DNA of 15,570 nt, taken from assembly GCA_037443035.1 (NCBI GenBank), contig JBBIPC010000011.1, forward strand, positions 88,017 through 103,586. The letters run 5' to 3'. The first letter of the stretch is position 1. Every line of letters begins with the position of its first letter. A program made the position numbers and the translations under genes. The notes under the pieces were generated by a model that saw nothing but the letters and a program-made list of their open reading frames with translations, ran no database searches and was not told where the DNA came from. The DNA is from Chthonomonadales bacterium. Its GTDB lineage: Bacteria > Armatimonadota > Chthonomonadetes > Chthonomonadales > CAJBBX01. Shown here one piece after another: positions 1 to 7,752 of the stretch.

Positions 1-43
1 GGTAAGTAGCCCAACTCGAGACCGAACTACGTCTCAAGGAAGA

Positions 44-67
44 GGGTCCCGCCGTGCGGCGGGACCC
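44..67 (-). terminator. Probable intrinsic terminator of the metallopeptidase gene
   Basis: Perfect 10-bp inverted repeat GGGTCCCGCC (44-53) / GGCGGGACCC (58-67) with a 4-nt loop, 21 nt past the TAG at 89. It is followed on the minus strand by pyrimidine-rich TCTTCCTT (imperfect U-tract). Confidence 0.7.
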
Positions 68-88
68 AAACTGTGGCAATGAGCGAAG

Positions 89-3000
89 CTACGGCGCGAC
101 GACGTTGAACGTGCCCGTGGCCGACCCAGGCGCGATCCAAGCATCGCCGGCGAAGATCGCCATGAAGCTGTGGCTGCCAATGCTCAGACCAGTTGTGTCC
201 GGATAGGTGAACCACGCTATACCGGTCTCACCGGTGTCCGCTGTACCTACATCGGTGCCCTCTATCTGGAACGCAATGGTCTTCTGCGTCAGCCACTGGT
301 AATCGGGCAGACGGCGCACGTAGGCTCGAAGCACGGCGGGCTGACCCTGGCGGACGCTGCGTGCGTACGGCCAGATGTAGACCGGTGCTCGCTCCACGGT
401 GAGGCTGGCCGATGCCGACGAGGGACCGTATCCGGCGTCACCCGCGAATGCCGCACTCAGCGAACGCGTCCCGGCTCCCGTACCGTCGGGTATCCAGTAG
501 CGCAACAGAGCGCGCCCATTCGCATTGGTCGGTGCAGTTCCCACATCCGTGCCGTCCACAGCGAAACTCACGGTCCTGTTGGCAAGCGGTTTCGACCCAG
601 GATCGCTCCAGAGGTAGGCCTTCAAGTAGACGTCGCCACCGACAGTACCAGTGCGATCCGGCATGGACATCTTGGAACCACTTGTCGTTGCAGTCAGGGT
701 GGCGCTTCCGGAACCGCTCTGGAAGTCGGCGTCACCGGCGAACGAGAAGCCAAGGGGAACCGCGCCGACCGGCCCCGGTACGACGTACGGCAGGCTTGCT
801 CTTCCGCTCGCATCCGTATCTGCCTGGCCCACATCGGTTCCATTCACAGAAAACGTAACCGTCTTCCCCTCGAGCGGCGTCTGGCTGTTGAGCGTACGGA
901 CATAGCCGCGGAGGTCCACGGTCTCTCCGATGACGCCAGTACGATCCAGGCCGAACACGCGCACGGCGCCCTTCGCGAGGCTGAGGGTTCCTGATGCGGT
1001 CGAGCCCATGTAGGGCACGGATCCAACGAAAGTCGCGTCTACCGTCAGGTCGCCGACGTGGACCGACGGTGGTATGGAGTAGGTAACGGAGGCCACACCC
1101 GAAGCATCCGTCGTTCCGCTGCCGACAGGTGTGCCATCCACTGCGAAGTCCACAGTCATACCGGCGACGGGCGCGCCGCTATCCGTTTCTGTGAGTGTTG
1201 CCGACAGCGTCGCGCTACTATCTATGGCACCGGTGGCTGGCGAGACAACCAGCGCGGTGGCCTTGGCGAGCGACAGGAAGTCAACATCGTACCGGTGAGG
1301 ACCGACAACGACGGTGGCCACGTCAGGAGTGAAAGGATGACCGGGCTTGCTGGGTCGGACAAGGTGCGTACCGGCCAGGCAGTCGGCGAAGGAGTACTTG
1401 CCGTCCGCATCGGTAGTGGTGGTGCGATCTACGGTACCGATGTAGCTCAGCGACAGGCCCCAACCATCGAGCGTACCAGTGTCGGCAATCGCCAGATCTC
1501 GGATCCTCAGCTTCCATGTGCCCTGGACCGGCTTGCCGAAGAGCGCTGAGAGCGGTTCGGCCGGCCGTGTCTCGTCGGGATAGGTTGTGTAGATGTTATC
1601 TGCACTTCCGCCCGTTCGGTTGTGGAGACGCACTCGCGTGCCGTCCGGATGGATGAGGGAGACCTCCAGGTCACCGATGTAGGGATGGGTGATGGCGACC
1701 CAGACGTGAATGTCGGTCACGGTCCCTCCATCGGTCACTGTCAGTGGCGCCTCGATGCCGGTCGTGTTGTTGTCAGGGATGGCCGTGCCGGGCCAGTCTT
1801 CCATGCTAAGGTTCTTGTCGGCCGGGCTGGTGAGTGTCACGGTAACGTCGGGCAGTCCAGACGAACCGTGGCGTACCGTACCTGCAATGGTGAAGCTATT
1901 CAACGCGAAGTTGACGCCAACCTGATCGGGTCCTACCGTGACATCTTGATATGTCGGAGCGAAGGCCGAAGTGCCGCGGCTCGGCACCACTCGCCAGGTG
2001 CCGGGTTCGAGACCGGCCAGAGCGTATGTTCCATCGGAAGCCGTGGTGGCCGTCACGGTCAACGGCGTTTCTCTATAGACCTTGAGCGTCCACGAGACCA
2101 ATGTGCCTGTATCGAGGGCCGCGTTGTCGCTGACCCACAGTCGCCACGGGCCAGCCAGTGGCTTTCCGCGCAGCTTGTCGAGGCTCTCCGCCGGAGTGGT
2201 AAGTGTCGGATATGTGGTGACGATATTGTGCGCGCTGCCTCCGGTCATGTCATGCAGGAGGATCATGGTGCCGTCCGGGTGGACGAGGCCCACCTTCAGG
2301 TCACCGATCCATGTATGCTGGATATTCACCGACACCTCGACACTGCCCACTGTCCCGGAGTTCTTGATCTCGGCGACCGACTCAACGCCCGTCGGATCCC
2401 CGTCCGGGATGCTCAGGTTCGGGGTAAGGGATGCGGAGGCCCCGGCAAGCGTACCGGTGACAGTGACGCCCTCCATGGGTGCGCCGGAGTCGGTGACGCT
2501 ACCCGAGATAGTGAACTGCTGAAGGATGTAGATCTTCGCCGATGATGTGGCGGGGAAGGCCTCCTCGTCGCCAGCCCAGTCAGCCGTAACGACGATCTCA
2601 CCAGGCTGCGCGTCGGCCGGCACGGTGAACGGCACGCTGGCGACGCCATCGGCGTCGGTGACGGCCGAACCCGCATCGCTACCATCTGCTGTGAATGTGA
2701 TAGTCTTGCCTGCGACCGGAGCGCCGTCCAGCGCCCGAGTCAGTGTGGCCTTGAGCGTTACGTCCTGGCCCGGGTAGGCAACGTCATGCGCTACGCTGAG
2801 GTTCGTGATACGTGGGTCAATGAGAATGCCGCGGTCTACGAAGACCTGCGTGATGGCTTGTCCATCGGCACCTCCGTAGAGATCCTGATTAGCGGCGATG
2901 ATGGCCAACGCTCCGTCCTGGAAACTGGCCATCGGTGACAGGCGGAAATGGGACTCGAGGATGATGGTGTCGGCGCGCGTCTGGCCGACGATGCCACGTA

Positions 3001-4489
3001 TCTGCCAGAGACAGGCGCTCCAGATCTCGCCGTCAGCGTGCACCTCGCCCTGCATGTCCTCCGGGTAATGCTTCGTACTGTCCAGCCGGCGCAGGAATGC
3101 CGGATTGCCTGGGTTGTAGGAGGTTGCATCCCACGTCGCTACGTACACATCCCAATCGTGGCCATGGGGGCCGATGCCGGTGAACGTCGTCACCGCCCAG
3201 TAATCGCCGAAACCTTCCCCCATGGAACCGCCTTCGTGGGTCTGGCCCCAGCCTGGTACCTGGTTATCCTGGATGGCGTGCCCGTATTCGTGGAGGATGA
3301 CGTGAGCATCCTCGGCGTCATCCACGCCGCCGGTGCCCGTGGTAATGTTGCCAGTCCATGGCGAGTACCAGGCGTTGTCGTCGGTGGTGCCGTTTACGTC
3401 CATACCCTGGGGCCGATTGTTGACGTTCGTGAACCCCAGGCTCTGGATGTACCGCTGGTTGGTGTCAATGTGGTAGTAGCACATGACTTCCTCGAAGCGG
3501 TCATCCGAACGGAGGTAGTTGAACGACAAGGATGGCTCATTGGCTCGGGGCTGCTGGGCCGTGGGCTCCGTGGTGCAGAAGGGACCCTGGAGGTAACCCG
3601 TTCCGTCGAGGTCTTTGAGGGTGACCTGAACTCGCTCGTTATTCAGCGCAGGGTAGTCCGCATCGTCATTGTCCGTGAGATTGGCTTGTCCCGAGGTCAT
3701 GACAGGGTTCGGCACGAATACCCAGCCGTCGCCGTCCACGAATCGGGCCCGGTTCACGATGCGCAGGACCTTGTTCTCAGGAATGCTGACGAGCACCTCC
3801 CAGGCGCCTGCCGGTTTCCGCGTGTCCACATGGACATTCCAGACCAGAATAGGCTGAGCATCCTGAACGAACACGGCGGGCGAGGCGGTCGGTGGCACCG
3901 TCGGCGGAGCCTGCGGTTTCAGGGCTTCCAATGCCTGGGCGATGGCTTTGGCTGGATCACCTACGATCGCCGTCTTGAGCTCGCCCTTGATCGTAACCAG
4001 GTCAGCGTTGACAAGGACCACGGCGCCCTTCTTGTTCAGGTGCACGGACAGATAGCCGCCCAGCACAGGGTAGCCAGCAAGGACCTGACGGAAGCGCACA
4101 TGGGTACCCGTCAGGCTCTGACGACTCTCCAACGGCTGCAGCTCGCGCAGGTCGCTGGACAGCTCGAGGACCTTGGCGTTGGTTCGCAGGAACCGTACAG
4201 CAGCCTCTTCGGGCGTGCGCGCGCCTGCGATGGGCACCTCACCTCGGACGCGCACGACACGTCCCGTCGCCAGGTCTCGCTGGACCACGGCACCGCGCAC
4301 GACCCCTGCCTCCGGTGGGGATAGTTTGGGCGTAGGGCCAAACGGGGAAGCGAGAACATCCTTCGGTATGTCCACTGCAGCGCCTTTCTGACCCGCCTGG
4401 GGACCGCTAAGCGTTGCACCCGCAGCGAGCACGAGACAGGCAACGGCTACGGGCCAGAGGAGCCCAAGCCTCAGAGAAAAGCCTTTCAT
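89..4489 (-). CDS. Secreted modular zinc metallopeptidase (M36 fungalysin/M4 thermolysin-like): signal peptide, FTP+PepSY propeptide, catalytic domain, 2 proprotein-convertase P-domains, 2 carboxypeptidase-regulatory-like domains, 5 Ig-like repeats
   Basis: HEYGH zinc motif (3278-3292), downstream GEGFGD (ExxxD third ligand) and EVHADGEIW. FTP-like 'THVRFRQVLAGYPVLGG' and PepSY-like 'WEVLVS'. P-domain signatures 'IQHTWIGDLKVGLVHPDG' and 'ITHPYIGDLEVSLIHPDG'. Start moved from the ORF-track 4540 to ATG 4489 (MKGFSLRLGLLWPVAVACLVLA, signal-like), which is preceded by GGAAAGGA. Confidence 0.88.
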   Translation of the reverse strand: MKGFSLRLGLLWPVAVACLVLAAGATLSGPQAGQKGAAVDIPKDVLASPFGPTPKLSPPEAGVVRGAVVQRDLATGRVVRVRGEVPIAGARTPEEAAVRFLRTNAKVLELSSDLRELQPLESRQSLTGTHVRFRQVLAGYPVLGGYLSVHLNKKGAVVLVNADLVTIKGELKTAIVGDPAKAIAQALEALKPQAPPTVPPTASPAVFVQDAQPILVWNVHVDTRKPAGAWEVLVSIPENKVLRIVNRARFVDGDGWVFVPNPVMTSGQANLTDNDDADYPALNNERVQVTLKDLDGTGYLQGPFCTTEPTAQQPRANEPSLSFNYLRSDDRFEEVMCYYHIDTNQRYIQSLGFTNVNNRPQGMDVNGTTDDNAWYSPWTGNITTGTGGVDDAEDAHVILHEYGHAIQDNQVPGWGQTHEGGSMGEGFGDYWAVTTFTGIGPHGHDWDVYVATWDATSYNPGNPAFLRRLDSTKHYPEDMQGEVHADGEIWSACLWQIRGIVGQTRADTIILESHFRLSPMASFQDGALAIIAANQDLYGGADGQAITQVFVDRGILIDPRITNLSVAHDVAYPGQDVTLKATLTRALDGAPVAGKTITFTADGSDAGSAVTDADGVASVPFTVPADAQPGEIVVTADWAGDEEAFPATSSAKIYILQQFTISGSVTDSGAPMEGVTVTGTLAGASASLTPNLSIPDGDPTGVESVAEIKNSGTVGSVEVSVNIQHTWIGDLKVGLVHPDGTMILLHDMTGGSAHNIVTTYPTLTTPAESLDKLRGKPLAGPWRLWVSDNAALDTGTLVSWTLKVYRETPLTVTATTASDGTYALAGLEPGTWRVVPSRGTSAFAPTYQDVTVGPDQVGVNFALNSFTIAGTVRHGSSGLPDVTVTLTSPADKNLSMEDWPGTAIPDNNTTGIEAPLTVTDGGTVTDIHVWVAITHPYIGDLEVSLIHPDGTRVRLHNRTGGSADNIYTTYPDETRPAEPLSALFGKPVQGTWKLRIRDLAIADTGTLDGWGLSLSYIGTVDRTTTTDADGKYSFADCLAGTHLVRPSKPGHPFTPDVATVVVGPHRYDVDFLSLAKATALVVSPATGAIDSSATLSATLTETDSGAPVAGMTVDFAVDGTPVGSGTTDASGVASVTYSIPPSVHVGDLTVDATFVGSVPYMGSTASGTLSLAKGAVRVFGLDRTGVIGETVDLRGYVRTLNSQTPLEGKTVTFSVNGTDVGQADTDASGRASLPYVVPGPVGAVPLGFSFAGDADFQSGSGSATLTATTSGSKMSMPDRTGTVGGDVYLKAYLWSDPGSKPLANRTVSFAVDGTDVGTAPTNANGRALLRYWIPDGTGAGTRSLSAAFAGDAGYGPSSASASLTVERAPVYIWPYARSVRQGQPAVLRAYVRRLPDYQWLTQKTIAFQIEGTDVGTADTGETGIAWFTYPDTTGLSIGSHSFMAIFAGDAWIAPGSATGTFNVVAP

Positions 4490-4605
4490 GATGCGGTGTC
4501 CTTTCCATGCTGCATCTCGCAGCACCGATTCAGCGTGCAAGTACTGGTTGTTGTGTCCTGTGTGCGGACCCGCTCGGCGACGTCCGCATTTCGACGCACG
4601 GAACT

Positions 4606-5724
4606 TTACGTAAGATAGTCTCGCAGCTTGCGGCTTCGCCGAGGGCTGCGCAGCTTGCGTAACGCCTTGGCCTCTATCTGCCGGATTCGCTCCCGGGTCA
4701 GCCGGAAATGACGTCCGACTTCCTCGAGGGTACGGGACCGGCCGTCCTCGAGGCCGAACCGCATGATGAGCACATCCCGTTCGCGTTGTGTGAGCTGGTC
4801 GAGAATCTCCTCGATGCGCTCCCGGAGAATCAGGTGGGACGCCGCGTCCGCTGGAGTAACGGTCTCGTGGTCCTCCACGAAGTCCACCAGGGGACTCTCT
4901 TCCTCTTCTCCCACTGGGCCTTCGAGGGAGAGGGGCTCGGGCGCGATGCGCTTGATCTCCTCGACGCGCTCCACAGGCATCTCCAGCTCCCTCGCGAGCT
5001 CCTCGTCTGTGGGTTCACGGTGGAGTTCCTGCAGAAGGCGGCTGCTAGTGCGCAAGAGGCGATTGATCGTCTCCACCATATGGACTGGGATCCGTATGGT
5101 ACGGCCCTGGTCGGCGATGGCGCGGGTGATGGACTGGCGGATCCACCAGGTCGCGTAGGTGCTGAAGCGGTATCCTCTCGTGACATCGAACTTCTCGACC
5201 GCACGCATGAGGCCGATATTGCCCTCCTGGATGAGATCCGGGAAGGACATGCCACGTCCGGTGTAACGCTTGGCGATGCTAACCACGAGCCGCAGGTTCG
5301 CCTGGGTCAGCTCCTTCTTGGCCTGTTCGTCGCCTTGCTTAATCCGGTGGGCAAGTTCGACCTCCCGTTCCATGGTGAGCAGGGGGATACGGCCGATCTC
5401 GCGCAGCCACATGCGCACAGAATCGTCCACCGCCATGCTCTCGGCGGCCTTCTGGTCCTCGTCATCGCGCCGTCGGCGAGCCTTGTCAGAGACGCCATCT
5501 GCGGCGCCATCCTCCTCGACGGCATGCGGGTTACGGCTGCAGACTTCGATGCCCTCTTCTGCTAGGTACTCCAGGATTTCCTCGATCGCATCCGCGTACA
5601 CACCCTCCGGGGGCAACGCATCGTTGACCTCGTCGTATGTCACGTAGCCACGTTGTCTGCCTCGATCCAGGAGCCTTCGGAAAGCAGCAGAGCGTGTAAG
5701 CTCCTCGGTCGTCGTGCCACTCAC
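4606..5724 (-). CDS. rpoD: Primary RNA polymerase sigma-70 factor (RpoD/SigA, short form without a large non-conserved region)
   Basis: Region 1.1 ([13 protein letters not shown]), 1.2 ([11 protein letters not shown]), region 2 ([51 protein letters not shown]) and region 4 ([23 protein letters not shown]). GTG start with GGAGG upstream. Directly downstream of dnaG, as in the classical macromolecular synthesis operon. Confidence 0.96.
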   Translation of the reverse strand: MSGTTTEELTRSAAFRRLLDRGRQRGYVTYDEVNDALPPEGVYADAIEEILEYLAEEGIEVCSRNPHAVEEDGAADGVSDKARRRRDDEDQKAAESMAVDDSVRMWLREIGRIPLLTMEREVELAHRIKQGDEQAKKELTQANLRLVVSIAKRYTGRGMSFPDLIQEGNIGLMRAVEKFDVTRGYRFSTYATWWIRQSITRAIADQGRTIRIPVHMVETINRLLRTSSRLLQELHREPTDEELARELEMPVERVEEIKRIAPEPLSLEGPVGEEEESPLVDFVEDHETVTPADAASHLILRERIEEILDQLTQRERDVLIMRFGLEDGRSRTLEEVGRHFRLTRERIRQIEAKALRKLRSPRRSRKLRDYLT

Positions 5725-5803
5725 GTCTTGCTATTCCTCCCCCTTTGCGGTACGAAAAGCGCACGCATCCAACTCCACCACTCTGGCCTGGCTCCTCTGC
5801 AGC

Positions 5804-7669
5804 TCAACTGCCAGACCCCTTCAAACGCGCCAGCAGCGCATGCAGCGCCTGCACCCGTTCCCGGTCGTCCGCCGTGAGTTCCGGCTTGGACCTGAGCAAC
5901 CGACTGATCTCAGCACTCACTGTCTCGGCTCTGCGGCTTCGCACGATGCGGATGGCATCCTGCAAGACCGCCTCGTCAATAGGTTCGTTCGTCAGAGCGA
6001 TCTGCGATTCCTGCAAGCGCCGGACGGCGGATTCTGCAACTTCGGGTAAGCACTCGGCACGGAGACGTCGCACAAGCTCAGCCTCATCTGCTGTAACGAG
6101 ATCCGGCCTTGCGAGCACGAACTCCAGAAGGGCCCGGTCGCCCGGGTCGAGCAGATCATCAGGATGAACGAGCCGAACTACGATGCTCCTGTGAGGCGGG
6201 ATCGCCAACGCGCGAACGATGAGCAGCTCCGCGGCCTGGACTCGCGAGCGCGGTGTCGGTCGCAGGTCTGTGCCTGCCGACTCGGACAGCCCGTCGCTGG
6301 TGTCGCCGGGTCCCGCGGCAGCGTCGGCAGGCCGGCCTCGTTGGAAAGGTTGTCGGGACGCGACCGTCGGCCTCGCCCTGCGGTGGGCGGCATCTTCGGC
6401 GTCCCGGTGAAGCTGCTGCTTGGCGACCCCTGGGCCATGGATACTGAGCGGATGGAGATGCCATACCTTTTCGATGTAGGCGTCCCTTTCCACCCGCGTC
6501 GGCACTGTTGCCAGGATAGCGATGATCTTGCGGAGGAGCGCCTGGCGACCGTGTTCTGTCTCGGTATCGGCCGAGGCGATGGCCAGGTCCAGCTCCATCT
6601 CCACTCGTGTGACAGCATCGGCAATAGCCCTGGCGAGACGCTCTGGGTGACCATCCCGCACGAGGGAGTCGGGATCCTCGCCTGCCGGTAGGCGAACGAT
6701 ACGGACTGCGACGGACTGCTGCTCCAGTTCGGTCGCTGCGCGGAGGGCTGCCTTGATACCAGCGGTATCAGCATCGTAGACGACGACCGCCGCAGGGGCA
6801 AGCCGTGCCAGGCGTCGAGCATGCTCCGCCGTGAAGGCAGTGCCAAGGCTCGCCACGGCATTCTCAAAGCCGTTCTGGTGCGCCGCGATAACGTCCATGT
6901 ATCCCTCCATGAGGAGGGTGCGGCCCTGATCGGCGATGGCCCGTCTGGCGAATGGTAGGGCGTATAGCAGGCGACTCTTCAGGAAAACGGGAGTCTCGCC
7001 AGTGTTGAGATACTTGGGTGGCTCATCGCCCATGGCGCGTCCACCGAAGCCGACAATGCGCATCTGCTCATCATGGATCGGGAACATGATGCGATTGCGG
7101 AAGGCGTCCACATGGCGGCCCCCCTCGCGTTGGTAGAGCAGACCTGCAGCGACAGCGATGCCAAGGTCTATCTTGCGGCCGGTGAGGTAAGCGGCCAGTC
7201 CGCGCCAATCGTCGGGTGCATAGCCGATCTGGAAGCGTTCGATGGTCTCGGGAAGCAAACGCCGACCGTGCAAGTACTCCCGGGCCGCCGGGGCGTGTTC
7301 GAGGCACCTGCGGAAGTACGTCGCGGCGACGGCGTTGGCCTCGTAGAGGGCTTCGCGTTGGCTTCGTTCCTTGGGGCTGGTGAACTTGCTTCGGAACTCC
7401 AGACCTGCCCTGCGCGCCAGATACTCTGCGGCCTCGACGAACGTCATGTTCTCGTGACGCTGGACGAACGTGAAGACGTCACCGGAGGCATCGCACCCGA
7501 AACACTTGAAGGTCTGGGTCACAGGATCCACGTTGAACGAGGGCGTTTTTTCTTGATGGAACGGGCAGAGACCCACCCAGTTGCGGCCACGGCGCTGTAA
7601 CTGGACCACCGAACCGATGACCTCGACGATGTCGTTGCGCGCCCTGATCTCTTCCTTGTCTGCTTCCAT
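5804..7669 (-). CDS. dnaG: DNA primase
   Basis: CHC2 zinc finger CPFH...CFGC, FRNRIMFPI, GFGGR, PKYLNT, TOPRIM EGYMDV and YDADTAG, and GEDPD. Start placed at ATG 7669 (MEADKEEIRARNDIVEVIG matches the usual DnaG N-terminus) rather than 7717. Confidence 0.96.
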   Translation of the reverse strand: MEADKEEIRARNDIVEVIGSVVQLQRRGRNWVGLCPFHQEKTPSFNVDPVTQTFKCFGCDASGDVFTFVQRHENMTFVEAAEYLARRAGLEFRSKFTSPKERSQREALYEANAVAATYFRRCLEHAPAAREYLHGRRLLPETIERFQIGYAPDDWRGLAAYLTGRKIDLGIAVAAGLLYQREGGRHVDAFRNRIMFPIHDEQMRIVGFGGRAMGDEPPKYLNTGETPVFLKSRLLYALPFARRAIADQGRTLLMEGYMDVIAAHQNGFENAVASLGTAFTAEHARRLARLAPAAVVVYDADTAGIKAALRAATELEQQSVAVRIVRLPAGEDPDSLVRDGHPERLARAIADAVTRVEMELDLAIASADTETEHGRQALLRKIIAILATVPTRVERDAYIEKVWHLHPLSIHGPGVAKQQLHRDAEDAAHRRARPTVASRQPFQRGRPADAAAGPGDTSDGLSESAGTDLRPTPRSRVQAAELLIVRALAIPPHRSIVVRLVHPDDLLDPGDRALLEFVLARPDLVTADEAELVRRLRAECLPEVAESAVRRLQESQIALTNEPIDEAVLQDAIRIVRSRRAETVSAEISRLLRSKPELTADDRERVQALHALLARLKGSGS

Positions 7670-7676
7670 GCAACCT

Positions 7677-7682
7677 ATTGTA
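7677..7682 (-). promoter_or_regulatory. Putative -10 element (TACAAT) of a leaderless dnaG promoter
   Basis: Minus strand reads TACAAT-aggttgc-ATG, a 7-nt gap to the start codon with no strong Shine-Dalgarno. No recognisable -35. Confidence 0.55.
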
Positions 7683-7688
7683 ATACAA

Positions 7689-7714
7689 CGGGAGCCGGCA
7701 TGCACCGGCTCCCG
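7689..7714 (-). terminator. Intrinsic terminator after the Met-rich gene pair
   Basis: Perfect 10-bp stem CGGGAGCCGG (7689-7698) / CCGGCTCCCG (7705-7714) with a 6-nt loop, followed on the minus strand by TTGTATT, ~40 nt past the TGA at 7753. Confidence 0.72.
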
Positions 7715-7752
7715 CAATCGAGGTCGTCGCCGAATCTACGCGCTTCTCGGAG

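Noticed and set aside
18..35. Small hairpin GAGAC/GTCTC
   Set aside because: Only 5 bp, which is expected by chance.
2948..4324. 458-aa plus-strand ORF and other long ORFs opposite the protease, rpoD, dnaG and the deacetylase
   Set aside because: Typical stop-poor antisense frames of GC-rich genes, with no recognisable motifs.
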